The translations under genes and the position numbers were made by a program. A DNA stretch of 43,899 nucleotides from Parvularia atlantis (taxonomy: Eukaryota), in assembly GCA_943704415.1 (NCBI GenBank), contig CALSCO010000864.1:1-43899 (forward strand), given 5' to 3'. Below, in pieces: positions 11,727 to 31,638 of the stretch (the stretch's first letter is position 1; every line of letters begins with the position of its first letter). Below the pieces are notes generated by a model. That model ran no database searches, was not told the DNA's origin, and saw only the letters and a list, made by a program, of their open reading frames with translations.

Positions 11727-14052
11727 TCACCCATGCGCGCCCTCGTAAAACAGCATGTAGGCCTGCGTGCTCTGCACCGTCGCCGCGTCCACGCTCCGCA
11801 CGTCCTCGTCCGAGCACCGCACCCAGCTCGACCGCCGCTCAAAGCTCTGCGCCGCACATCAGCTCAAGCGCGCACGCACCTCACGCGCGAGACCACGCAC
11901 CCTGTCCACGTCGGCCAGGTCGACCGAGCCCATGTCGGCGCCGTCTGCTGCGTCGTCCCGCGGCACGCGCCGGTACGTCACAAAGTGGCCCGAGCTCGCC
12001 CCGCCCAGGTGCTCGATCACGGCCATCAGTTGGAACAGGCCCGCACTGTCGCCAGCGCCGCCCGCCGCCGACGCAGCCGACCCGCCCACCAGGCCACCGC
12101 CCAGCTGCGCAAGCGGCCGTCCTGCCGCTGCTGCGGGTGCCGCGCCGCCCGCCCGCATCGCCGCCGCCGCCGCCACCATGATGCCCTTCGACCGCATGCC
12201 GCCCGGCCGGGCCCACCCGCCGCTCGGCGCGCGCAGCGAGCGCAGGTCGAGCACGAACGGGAACGAGACGTGCGCCTGGTTCTTCCACTGGTCGCCGAAG
12301 CGCGACGTGTACGTGAGCCGGCCGAGGTGGATGCACAGGTCTGCGGCACACGTCAGCGCCCCGAGCAAGCAAGCACACCGCATCGCACCGCGAGGCAGGC
12401 GCAGCGCCGACGTCATGCGCACTGTCCCAGTGCTGATCACGCGGCAGAGCGGAAACTGCGCGCCACGCGCTCAGCACGCCGCGCACACACCGCGCACACA
12501 CCGCGACACGCACGCGCGGCAGGTGAGCTAGATGGTCCTCAAAGCGGTCGTACTCGTTGCCCGACAGGACCGCGGTCAGCTCGCGCACGAAGCGCTCCGT
12601 CTCGGCGATGTGTGCGCGCGTGCGTCTCAGTGCGCGGTCTTGCGACGTGACGCTCCGTCCCCCGGGCTTCGCTCCGCCGTCCGCCGGCGCGGCGACTTGG
12701 CCACCAGCCGGCCCGGCGTCCACGTCCGCGTCCGCTGCAACTGCTGCTGCCGACTCCCGCTCCGCCTGCGTCTGCGTCTGCGTCTGCCGCAGCAGCTTGA
12801 GGTCGGCGAGGCGCTCGCGGGCCGCGGTGAGCGACGCGCCGGCCGAGCAGCGTGGGCACTGGAAGTCGGAGATGGTCTCGGGGTCGAAGAAGCGCATGAT
12901 CAGCTCGCGCAGCTCGAGCGCCTCCTCCTGCCGCGCCGTGAGCTGCTTGCGCCCGCGGCCGCAGCGACCAGCTCACGCACCGTCACGGGCAGCGCCAGCG
13001 TGAGCGAGTTGATCCACACGAGCCGCACGGGCGAGCTGTAGCCGCAGTCGCGGCAGCGCACGGTCGTGCCGAGCAGCCCCTCGAGCGGCAGGGCCTGCTT
13101 CACCATCGCGAACGCACGCCCAGGCAGCGGCAGGCACCGCGGGCCGCGTCCGGGCGTCGACGGCGACGCTGCATCGGGCGCTGTGCACGAGCAATGAGTG
13201 CGGCGCCGTGACGAGCACAGTCGATGATCAGAACGCACCAGGCACGAGGGCATCGGCGAGCGACGGCGGGCGCGCGACCGCGGCGGTCTCCTCGCGCAGC
13301 TTGGTCGCGACGGCCTGGTACATCTCGTACGCGTCCTGCTGCGTGTTGGCCAGCACGCGGTCGGCGCCGACGAGGCTGCGGACGAACGCGGCCGGCTCGA
13401 TGGCGCGCGGCGCGTCGAGCGGCTCGTTGAGCTCGTTGCAGATGTCCTCCAGCGCTGAAACGCGCCGTCGCATGCGTGTCGCAGGTGTGTCGCGGACATG
13501 TCGCGGACGCGGCGGTGTGGCGCGCGCGCGCCGTCAGCAGGTCTGGCGCCACCCACGTGTGCGGCGCGCACCTGCGCACAGCTCGGCGTGGGCCGGGAAG
13601 GAGGCGACGCGTCGCCGCCGCGCGGTCAGCTCGCCCAGGACCGGGAGGGCGGCGAGGGCCTGCAGCACGGCGTTGAGGAAGCAGTGGTTGCCCGGGTTGA
13701 CCAGGCCCGGTGGCAGGCGGCGGTGGCGGCGCGGCGTCGTCACCGACAGCGCGCGTGGCACTGCCTTGGCGCCGCCGCCGCCGCCGCTGCTGCCGGTCAG
13801 CGCGCTCGCGAAAGACGCGGCCGCGAACGATGCGGCCGCAAACGACGGCGGCGCCCAGCTCACGGCCGCCGGCGACGCCGCGCCCGCCGGCACGCGGTGC
13901 AGCGACGCGCCGAGGTCGCCCAACCGCGCCGTCATTTCGAATGCGGTCGCGCACTTGCCAGCATGCCCGCGGTCCGTGCGCGGGTCCCGCTCATGGCCTG
14001 CGCGCGTCTCAGGCACCTTCGCCAGCGTCACGCTGAGCAATGTCTCCGCCAT
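11727..14052 (-). CDS. Ubiquitin-specific protease (peptidase C19), USP30/Ubp1-like
   Basis: Cys box GLVNPGNHCFLNAVLQAL, QQDAYE, CxxC pairs, His box AVIEHLGGASSGHFVTYRR, WVRCSDEDV, QAYMLFYE then TGA. Start may be 14052 or 13935. Confidence 0.85.
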
Positions 14053-14112
14053 TGCCCTTCGTCCTCAGCTCTAGGTCTAGCGATCTACACACAGCAGCTC
14101 TCAGGTCGGGCG

Positions 14113-17100
14113 TCAGCGAGCAGACACCGGCACGCTGATAGCGGCGCCAGGCACCGACGGCGCGCCCGGCCAGCTCGCGTGCGCCACGCCCACCGGCAGC
14201 CGCGCCGCGTCGTGGTGCGCCACGTCGACCACGTCGCCGCTGAGCGCGAGCAGGCCGTACGCGTGGTTCTTCTGCACGTTCTCGCTCAGCACGAGCAGCT
14301 CGGTCGCGAACGAGATGAGGGCGTTGCCGCCGCGGCTTCGCACGTTCGCCCGCGCCACCGCCATCGCCTCGAGCAGGAACGCCTGCATGAACGCGGTTGA
14401 CCCGCCGCCCTCATGCAGCGCCTGCGTCTCTTTGACCAAGAATAGCTCAAGCCGGTCGCGGTAGCTTTCGATCACCGCCCCGGGCACCTCGTGCAGCGGC
14501 GTCACCTCGACGTACATTGGCGACGCCACGGCGCGCTGCGGCGTGCGTGCTGCGCCCTCGCCCGCGTCTGCCGGCCCCCGCGCCATTCAGGTCAGCGCGC
14601 ACGCTCACACATGCAGTACCTGCCGCGCACCGTCCATGTCAAACACGTCCTCGACGTCGCGCGCGCCGTCGTCCTCCGCGGGCGGCGGGATCTCGCGCGG
14701 GATTAGCACGGTCGCCGTCAGCAGCACAACGACATCGTTGTCGCGCGGCAGGGCCGTCTGCGCGCACTTGGTCAGCGCTCGACACGGTCAAACCCACACG
14801 CGCACCTGGAACGTCAGGCCAGCGACCACGCACGGCTGCCGCCCACGCAGCAGGAACACGAGCTCGTCCTGCATGCGCCGGAAGATGGACGCGAGCTGCC
14901 GGCTCGGGTGGTGCTCGGGCGAGCGGATGGCGGCGCGCTTGGCGAGCGTGGCGAGGTGCGCCGAGACGTAGTGCACCGTCCGGCCCTCGCCCAAGAGGCC
15001 TAGGTCGGTCGTCGTGTGCAGCTGACACGCGGTCTAAATGCGCGAGCGCGTGTCAGGCCAGAGCGCATGCCGCCACCACACGCGCACCGTGCGCTCCGGG
15101 TCGAGCAGGACCGCAAACATGTCCTCGTCCGCGTCGTCGTCCACGTTGACCACAAAGTTGAACCGCGCGTCCTCGCCGTCTGTCTCGTCCACCACCGTGC
15201 CCATCAGCGTCGACGCCCCAGCCGAGGTTGACCGGTGCATCACGCCGCCGCTGACCGAGTCGGACCGCTCCGTCCGCCCGAGCGCCGCCGCCCCACCCGA
15301 CAGCTCCGTCATGAACGTGCGCTCGGTCGCCACCGACGGCTGGTACGGCCGCACACCCTGTGAGACGATGATCGTCGCGGGCAGGCGCGCGGGGGACGCG
15401 GCCGTCGCGCCGGAGTCGTCGCCCGCGTCGCCGTCCGAGTCGCTGTCCTGCGAGCTGACGCGTGCCAAGGCCGCCTTGGCCGTCTCCATCGCGCGCTGGT
15501 TCTGCGTGTTACCACAGCGTGTCAGTACCCGTATCAGCCATACGCCGCCACTGGGCGCGCCTTCTCGGACGTCTCGCGGATGCGCTTGTACACCTCGATG
15601 AGGTGCTGGTCCTCGAGGTCCTTGACCTGCCGCCGCTGCACGATCGACAGCGCCTTGGGCGAGACGAGGGCGCGCAGGTGCACCGCGGTGCCCGTGGCCT
15701 GCGTGTACGGCAATCGATCAGCTCCGCAGCCGGGAGGGAAAGCGCGCGCGCGCGTGCGCACCTCTGCCGTCACAAGCAGGTCGCCCACGGTCACGCGCAC
15801 GCGCAGATCAAAAATCGCGTTGAGCCCTTTGACCTTGAGCTTGTACAACAGCTGCTTGTACAGGTCGTTGTCTGAAGCCGTGCGAGCGCGTGAGCATGCG
15901 CGCAGCCGGGGCACACGCAGAGCGCGCACCGATGAACGGGAGCATGTCGCTGATCTGCGTCGCGTTGTTCTCGCCCTCCTTGCGCTTCTTTGACCGGCAG
16001 ATGTGCGCCTCGATCAGCGTGCTGCCGCCGACCGTCTGTGCGCGCGTGCGCCTCAGCGACTAGAGGTGACAAATAGCGCACGGGCGCACCTCGAGCTCTG
16101 GCAAGGGCGCGAGCGTCGTCAGCACCACCTCAGGCACGTAGTGCTTGTTGCACGACGCGCACAGGTTGAGCTCCATCGGGTAGATTGACTCCTGTAGCGG
16201 CGTCAGCGGTGTGCACTCGCATGCACGTGAGCAGATGGTGGCGCACCACGCGGAACGACGGCGGGATGTGCAGGCAGGCGCACGAGTGCTTGATGCGCCG
16301 CGTCGTGCGCGACGCATTGCGCGCCCGGATCGCCATGTGTTCCATCGCGCCCGTGATCGACTGCCGGCGCGCCGCAGCTGACGCGCTCGTGCTGCTGGGG
16401 CCCGCCCCACCGGCGCTGCCTCCTCCCTCGACGCCGGCTTCATCGTCGCCGTCGCTGCCGCTGTCGTCGCGGAACTCGACCATCGGCGCACGCCGCCCGC
16501 CCGCGCTCTGCAGCGTCACCGCCGTCCCCTGCGCCGACAGCACACACACGTCCTCGTTGATTGTGAGCAGCTCCGTGTAGCCGACGATTTGGTCACAGCC
16601 GTAGAACTGCGCACGGCGGGCGGCGGCGTGAGCACGAGCGGGCTGCAGCAGGCAGGGCACGCGGCGCACCCCGGCGTGCGAGCGGATTTCCTGGCGCAGC
16701 TCGCGCCACCACGCATCCTGGACGTCCTGGCCCTCGCCTGGCGCCTGACGCATTCGCACCTTCAGCACTGGCACAGCGCCGCGCGCTCGTCGCACACGCA
16801 CCAACAGCTTGACAGACCGCGCCGCGACCGAGCCGCCGATGCGCACAATCTCGCCCGGGCGGAACGCCTTGAGAGTGTACAGCGGGCGCTCCTGCGACTT
16901 GTTGGCTGGGCCGAGGCGGCGGAGGAGGCGCTGCAAGGACGCGGGCGTCAGCCCACGAGCGGTCGCAGCGGCCGAGCGCACGGCCGCACCGAGGGGTTGT
17001 CGGGCGTGGACGCGTTGCCGCCGTCGTTTCCCTCGTTGCCGGCGAGCGCGGCGAGGTCGATCGCCTGGCCGGCCGATGTCTGGCAGGCGCGCGCGGGCCG

Positions 17101-18183
17101 TGTGAGCGCCATGCGCCGCAGCGTTCGCAGGCGGCCGCACCGAGTACACGCCGTAGTCGCTGCCGGTGTAGCTCGTCGACAGCACGCCGACGGCGTCGTC
17201 GTCGCCCGTGCCGTCCGTCGCGCGCTCGTCGGCCGGATCGGCGAGGGTGCAGGCCGTGCCGATGGCGCGCGCGATGATCTGGCCCGCCTTGCTCTCAAGG
17301 TCGAACGAGACGAGGTAGCCGAGCACGGCGTTGCCGCCCTGCGGTGTGCGCGTGCGCGAGCCCGGTCAGCGCAGCGGCCGCGAACGCGCACGCAGCGAAG
17401 ACACAGGGCCGCACCATCTCGCGGACCTTGCGCCCGACGAGGCGGCGGATCTCGCCCGCGAGCTCGATGAACGTGCGCTGGCGCTGCTCGTTGGAGAAGC
17501 GCGACGAGCGGAAGTTGTCGCTCCAGTGGTACTCGGGGTCGTCCGACTGAACCAGCTCCTCGACAAAGCCGAGGAGGCGCACGAGGTGCTGCTGGCCCTC
17601 GGGGAAGGTCGTGCACGAGAAGAACTGGACGCCAGCGGACGACTCCTTGAACGGGTTGGCGTTGTCGATGTAGTCGAGCTTGACGCCGACGTAGAGCTCG
17701 CCGCGCGCACCCCTGCCGCGGCGTGGCGCCATCGGCCGTGAGCGGCGGTAGTGCGCGGCTCAGGAAAGGCGCGCACTTGAGCGTGTCGTAGATTGGGAAC
17801 CAGCCGGCGATCTCGCGCACGACCGGGAGGGTCACGAGCGGGTTGAGATCGACGTAGACGACGCCGACCGAGTCGTTGCGCGTGACCTGGTCGTAGTCGT
17901 ACACCTGGCGATGGCGCCAGTCAGCGCATCGACGCGCACGCGGCTGCTGCTGCTCGCGCGCCTTGAACTCGAGCGGCTCCTTCTGCACGAGGCTGTCGTC
18001 GTTGACGTTGAACCGGAAGTCGGCGTTCCAGACCGGGTTGAGCGTCTTGCGCGCGACCTTGGTGCGCTGCTCGTCCTGCTCGGCAAAGTGCACCTCGACG
18101 AATGCGTCGGTCAGCTGCGAGATCGTGTCCATGATCGGCAGCCCGCGCGCCTCGACCACGCGGACTTTGATCGTGCACGGCAT
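14113..18183 (-). CDS. C2CD5: C2 domain-containing protein 5 (CDP138/KIAA0528) orthologue
   Basis: MPCTIKVRVVEARGLPIMD...TDAFVEV...LNPVWN, GWFPIYDTL, GFVEELV..DDPEYHW.D.FR..R.SNE.RQ, GGNAVLGY...FDLE, WWRELRQEIRSHA, GGNAL. Many introns. Confidence 0.92.
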
Positions 18184-18400
18184 GGTCGCGGACGGCGGAC
18201 GGGCGGGCGGACGGGCGCACAGGCTGTGGACAGCGAGCAAGCGGCCGATGTGCACGCGCCTGATCAATGACGCCTCGAATGTCGACCTCACTGGGCCGAG
18301 CGATTCGTCCATGATCTGCACACACCACGAGAGAGCAACAGAGGGGAGGGCAACACGTGCAAGGGGGAGGGGGAGGGAAATCAGGCCATGGTGGCGTTCA

Positions 18401-20628
<2,228 letters not shown>

Positions 20629-20711
20629 CCATTGTATGTTGCACAGCACGTGAACCGTGAGACACACACTTTCACACACGGCGCTGTCACTGTCGTTGCG
20701 AACTGGCGCCA

Positions 20712-20924
20712 AAGGTCGACGTGATCGACGCCGTGATGTAGAGCTTCGTGCAGTCGCCGGCCTGGGAGCTGGAGCACCGCGCCGAGGTCGGTCACGACGG
20801 GACGACGTTCGTGGCGGCCGTGCAGGAGCTGTGGCACGGGTCGTGGCCGGCCGGGCAGCAGCAGGCGACGCTGCCGGACGGGGCCGGCCTGCTCGCGATC
20901 ACGCTCTTCAGCGACAAGACGGAG
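20712..20924 (+). mobile_element. Degenerate Plavaka-type transposase fragment
   Basis: DVIDAVM*SFVQSP...QELWHGSW...QATLPDGAGLLAITLFSDKTE matches the Plavaka pattern E.WxGxWW..Q..LP.GA.....IL.SDKT. In-frame TAG at 20739; homology ends after SDKTE. Confidence 0.65.
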
Positions 20925-21423
20925 GCGCGCACATGTGGGCCGGCCTCAAGACTGCGCTGTCCACGGCGCGTGAGAGCAAGCCTTCCGCTCTCCCCCACCT
21001 GCCGCCAAGCCGAGATGGCCGCCACTCGCCGCAGCAAGGGGCAAGCAGCCTGCGAGCGACGTGTTGCACGTCGCCCGCCGTGTGCGCCGGCGCGCTGGCC
21101 GCGCTCAAGTGTCGCGAAGCTGAGGGTGCTCGGGGAAATGAAAAGTCGCCGTAAGTTCCAGTTCGCGAGGTGCGCCGACAAAGACGCAAAGAGCAAAAAT
21201 TGAAGTTGCACGTCCCTGCGCCCCAGCCGCCGTTCGCCGCCCTCGAGCGGCCGAGTTGAGGTCCTCCGCTGCAGCACATTTGGCCTGCTGATGATGGCGA
21301 GCCGCGTTCGCTCGCCGTCGTCCCGGCGCGTCCGTCCGTCCGTTGTTGCACTGTCCAGCACGGGAGCACGGCGGAGGCACGTCCACCGCCGTCAAAGCAC
21401 CGCGCTCGAGCGCCTCGAGCCGT

Positions 21424-22932
21424 TCAACGCCGCGCTCGAGAAAGTGCACGCGCAGCGTCATCTCGGCCAGGAGGTCGTGCTGCTGCTTGAGCCTGCCTCA
21501 CAGCTGCACCCGCGCGAAGCAGCGCGATGAAGACCGGGAAGGAGATGCCGGCGGGGGTGTAGGTGATGCCGAAGATGAGCGCGACCATGCACAGCTGCAC
21601 GAGCGTGAAGGCCGTGCGCGGCCAGCGGGCAGCGCGCGCGTACGGCCGGTGCAGGTCGACGAGGGCCGGGTCGGTGAAGAGGAGCAGCGTGCGCTCGTAC
21701 AGCTGGTTGCCGACGAACGATGTAAAGCCGAGGTAGAGAAACACGCCTGCGAGCACGCCGTTGGGGATCCAGCTCATGAGGAACAGGAAGGGCGGAGCGA
21801 GGGTGACGCCGATGAGCAGCGACTGGCCCAGCGCCGACAGCCGCGTCTCGCACACGCCCAGCCAGAGCTCCTTCGTGCCGCGCCCTTGCGGCACCTCCTT
21901 GATCTTGGCGAGCGCGCGCACGTGCAGTGGCGCCTGCGGGATGAGCCCGTGCGTCGGCGGCAGGCCGAGCAGGCCCGTCAGGAGCAGGCCCAGCCCCACC
22001 ACAAAAAAGTCCCAGTTGAACGCGGCCGGCTTGCGCAGGTTGAACTCGGGCTTCTGCGTCAGGAGCGACGAGATGTTGTGGTCGAAGAAGAGCAGGATCG
22101 TGAGGATAAGGGCCGGCAGAATCGCCGCAAACACCGCCCAGACGGGCATATCCCAGAAGGGCGCCAGCCACGCGCGCTCAGCCGTCGGCTGGAATGTGTC
22201 TGGGAGCCGGAGGCGCGAGATGGGCGCGTCGCGGAAGCGCGGGAGGAACTGCAGCGCCGTGAAGACGATGATAACCGCGGCCGCGCCATAGTCGGCCACG
22301 AGCGCGCGCACGCCCTTGGAGAAGAGCACCCACGAGCGCGCGGCGAAGAGCGCCATGGCCACGAGGAATGTGCCGAGGCCGAGCAGGAGCGCGAGCAGGG
22401 CGGCGTCGAGCGGGCGCGTGTTGAAGTCGGCCACGAACGCCAGAACCGCGTTCTCCACGAACACGACGGCGATGAGCACGCCAAAGACTTCCTCCGAGAA
22501 GCGCGTGACGACGCGCACTAGGCCACACGCGTTGGTCGTGGCCAGCACAAAGTGCATCAGCGCGGCCCAGAGCGAGATCCAGAACAGCCATCCGAGAAAG
22601 TCGAGGCCGAGCCGCGCGCTGATCTCGTACAGGGTCGCGCAGAAGATGCTGATCGGTCCCGTAACGCCGACGATCACGAGCGGCTGGCCAAAGAGCACAG
22701 CCGCGAGCACGCCGCAGACGGCGTCCGACAGCAGCACCTCGATCACGCCCATCCGGCCCTCGGTGCGGTCGTCGATGTATGCGCCGAGGGTGATGGCCGG
22801 GAAGATGCTGATGAAGAAGACGAACAGCGACGCCGACAGCACCTTCTTGTTCGTCAGCCCCGCGCGCCAGTCGTCGGCGTAGAGCGGCGCGCGGCCGCGC
22901 AGGTCGTCGGCGATGCCGCCAAAGATCCGCAT
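21424..22932 (-). CDS. BOR1: BOR1/SLC4-family borate/bicarbonate transporter (membrane domain only); C-terminus aberrant or unresolved
   Basis: GIADDLRGRAPLYADDW, GQPLVIVGVTGP, VTRFSEEVFG, LLFFDHNISSL, LRKPAAFNWD, GLIPQAPLH, ETRLS, GVFLYLG. Single uninterrupted ORF. Confidence 0.9.
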   Translation of the reverse strand: MRIFGGIADDLRGRAPLYADDWRAGLTNKKVLSASLFVFFISIFPAITLGAYIDDRTEGRMGVIEVLLSDAVCGVLAAVLFGQPLVIVGVTGPISIFCATLYEISARLGLDFLGWLFWISLWAALMHFVLATTNACGLVRVVTRFSEEVFGVLIAVVFVENAVLAFVADFNTRPLDAALLALLLGLGTFLVAMALFAARSWVLFSKGVRALVADYGAAAVIIVFTALQFLPRFRDAPISRLRLPDTFQPTAERAWLAPFWDMPVWAVFAAILPALILTILLFFDHNISSLLTQKPEFNLRKPAAFNWDFFVVGLGLLLTGLLGLPPTHGLIPQAPLHVRALAKIKEVPQGRGTKELWLGVCETRLSALGQSLLIGVTLAPPFLFLMSWIPNGVLAGVFLYLGFTSFVGNQLYERTLLLFTDPALVDLHRPYARAARWPRTAFTLVQLCMVALIFGITYTPAGISFPVFIALLRAGAAVRQAQAAARPPGRDDAARALSRARR

Positions 22933-22967
22933 CTGTCACGATTGTTCGAGTGAGCCAGGCGACTGTC

Positions 22968-24057
22968 ATGATGGCGGCGGCGCGCATCGGCCTCGTCTCG
23001 GCGGCGCGCGGCGGCTCGCCGGCGGCGCTGGTCGGGCGGCTGTGGTACGCGACGCACGGGCCGAGCAGCAGCAGCAGCAGCAGCAGCGGGCGCAGCGACG
23101 TCGAGGCGCTGATCGACAAGGTGTCGGAGCCGACCGAGGCCGCGCGGCAGCATTTCCGCGCCAAGTACGCCGACAAGCTGCGCGACAAGCTGGCCGAGTG
23201 CGTTCTGCACGCGGCGGCGTGCGCGAATGTGCGTGCACGGGTGCTGAGCGGGCCGTAGGAACAACGTTGCGAGCGTGGACGAGTACCTGCGCCACACCGA
23301 GCACCTGCAGCCCAAGCAGACCGCGACCACTGCGCGTACCGCGCCGCGGCCCCGCGCGGTGCTGACGGTGCGTGCGCTTGTGCTGCGCGACCGGGCTGAT
23401 CGTGGGTCGCCGCAGCTGAACGACATCGTGCGCCTGGACCTCCTCGAGCCGCTGACGAACCGCGAGGTCGTCGAAATCTGGACGCGCCACCACACGGACA
23501 AGGGCGACTACGTCGCGGGCGGCATCAACAAGGCGATGCACACCAAGCTGCGGGAGCGCGCGCAGGCGACGCCGCAGGTGCGCCGAGCAGGGTGCGCGTG
23601 GTGCGGAGCGCGCTGACATCGAGCGCGCCGTGCAGTTCATTCTGCCGATGCCGCGCGGCGACGGCATAGAGATGTTCTACTTCCAGCACAACGGCACGCA
23701 GCTCGCCTTCACCTCGCTCATCGAGTACCAGACGCACAAGGACGCGGCCGCGGCGTACCTCGTGCTTGACTTGTACACCGACCTGCAGGACACGAAAGAC
23801 GTCGTGCTCTTCCGCGGCCAGGTCGAGGCCAAGAAGCTGACGGTGGAGGAGGGGCGGCTGCTCGTGCTGATGCTGATCGACTTTTACATCACCGACGACG
23901 CCAAGTACGGTGCGTGCGGCGAAGAACGCGCCGCGCGACTCAGCACTGACGTGCGCGCGCCCGAGCAGAGATCGTCAAAACGTTCAACCTGCGCCCGGCC
24001 CAGTTCGACCTCCAGGCGCTGCTCGCGGCCGCGAACGTGGAGCTGCCGTCGGCGTAG
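22968..24057 (+). CDS. ATP11: Mitochondrial F1-ATPase assembly factor ATP11/ATPAF1
   Basis: Arg/Ser-rich presequence, KYADKL, LNDIVRLDLL...EIWT.HH, PQ|FILPMPR, FTSLIEYQ, VVLFRGQV, VKTFN.RP.QFD. Four introns. Confidence 0.92.
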
Positions 24058-24088
24058 ACCGCGCGAGCAGGCGGGGTACCTACACTGG

Positions 24089-24188
24089 CAGCGGGGTCAC
24101 TCGGCCGTCGCCGCCTTGGCAGCCTTCTCGTGTGTACAGCGGGGTGTACAGCGGGGTCACTCGGCCTTCGCCACCTTGGCGGCGTTCT
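24089..24188. repeat. Imperfect ~40-bp direct repeat (60-bp period) duplicating the G-patch gene's last codons and stop
   Basis: 24089-24128 versus 24149-24188, with an internal GTACAGCGGGGT duplication. Confidence 0.85.
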
Positions 24189-24959
24189 TCTTCTTCTTTT
24201 TCTTCTTCTTTGGCTTCTGCTCGGCCGCGGCCGTCGTTGGCTCCTCGCCCGCGTCGCCCTCGCCGCCCTCGTCGCCCGCGTTGTCCACCGCCTCCTCCTC
24301 CTGCAGCCGCTTGCGCTTGCCCAGCTGCGGGTGCCCGCCGCGGTGCCCGAAGCGCCGCCCCTCGCACGCCGTCAGCAGCTGCTCGTCCGTCCAGCGCACG
24401 GAAAAGTCGCGCGCCTCGGCGGCGTCGGTCGTCGTGTCGGCCGCGGCCGCCGTGCTCACAAAGTTGCGGTACAGCGGCGACGCTGCAGCAGCTGCTGTTG
24501 CTGCTGCGGGCTTGGTCGGCTTGGCCGGCGCGTCGGCACTCGGCCGCTTGGTCGTGACGATGTCGGCAATGGCGCGGACCTTCTGCGCCTTCACGACGAC
24601 CTTGGGCGCATCGCCGTCGCCGTCGCCGCTGCCGTCGCCGTCATCCGGCGTCGCCACGGCCGCCACGATGATGTTGCTCGCGGCCTTGTTGTAGACGTGG
24701 TCCCACCACGCAAAGTCAAACTGGTCCGCCTCGCGCCCGAGCCCGATCGTGTCCTGTTTGCGCTGCACCTTGACGGCCTGTGCGCGCCCGCGGTTGTCCT
24801 TGCCGAGGCCCTGTCCCCTGCGCCCCACGATCGCCCGCGCCGTCAGCAGCCGCCGCTCCCGCCACGCGCCACGGCACGAGCCGCAACGCACTCGCGCCAG
24901 CCGTAGCGCTGCAGCTGGCGCCTCGCGAAGGAGCCTTCCTCCGACCACGTGGCGGCCAT
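24157..24959 (-). CDS. G-patch domain nucleolar protein (GPATCH4/Tma23-like)
   Basis: FARRQLQRYGWRE|GQGLGK...K.DTIGLG G-patch, WWDHVYNKAASNI, LYRNFV, TDEQLLTACEGR, Lys-rich tail. One intron. Confidence 0.85.
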
Positions 24960-25118
24960 TTGTGCTTTGCTTGTGAACTGTACCCTTCCATGCTGCGAAG
25001 CGCGTGGTGGAGCCGAAGGAATTGCTGACCTGATCACGCAGCAGCAGGCGGCAGCAGGCGGCAGCAGGCGGCAGCAGCGGCAGACGGAAGCGGCGGCAGC
25101 GCGACGTGCCCCCACCCG

Positions 25119-31587
<6,469 letters not shown>

Positions 31588-31638
31588 ATCTGCAGCACAT
31601 TTTTTCGTTCATGGACACGTCAACAGGGCGCATGCTTT

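Noticed and set aside
18343..18377. G-quadruplex-capable G-tracts upstream of C2CD5
   Set aside because: Expected by chance in such GC-rich DNA; no independent evidence of function.
25041..25080. 10-bp GCAGCAGGCG tandem repeat between the G-patch and ABCC starts
   Set aside because: Simple low-complexity repeat similar to many others here; no evidence of function.
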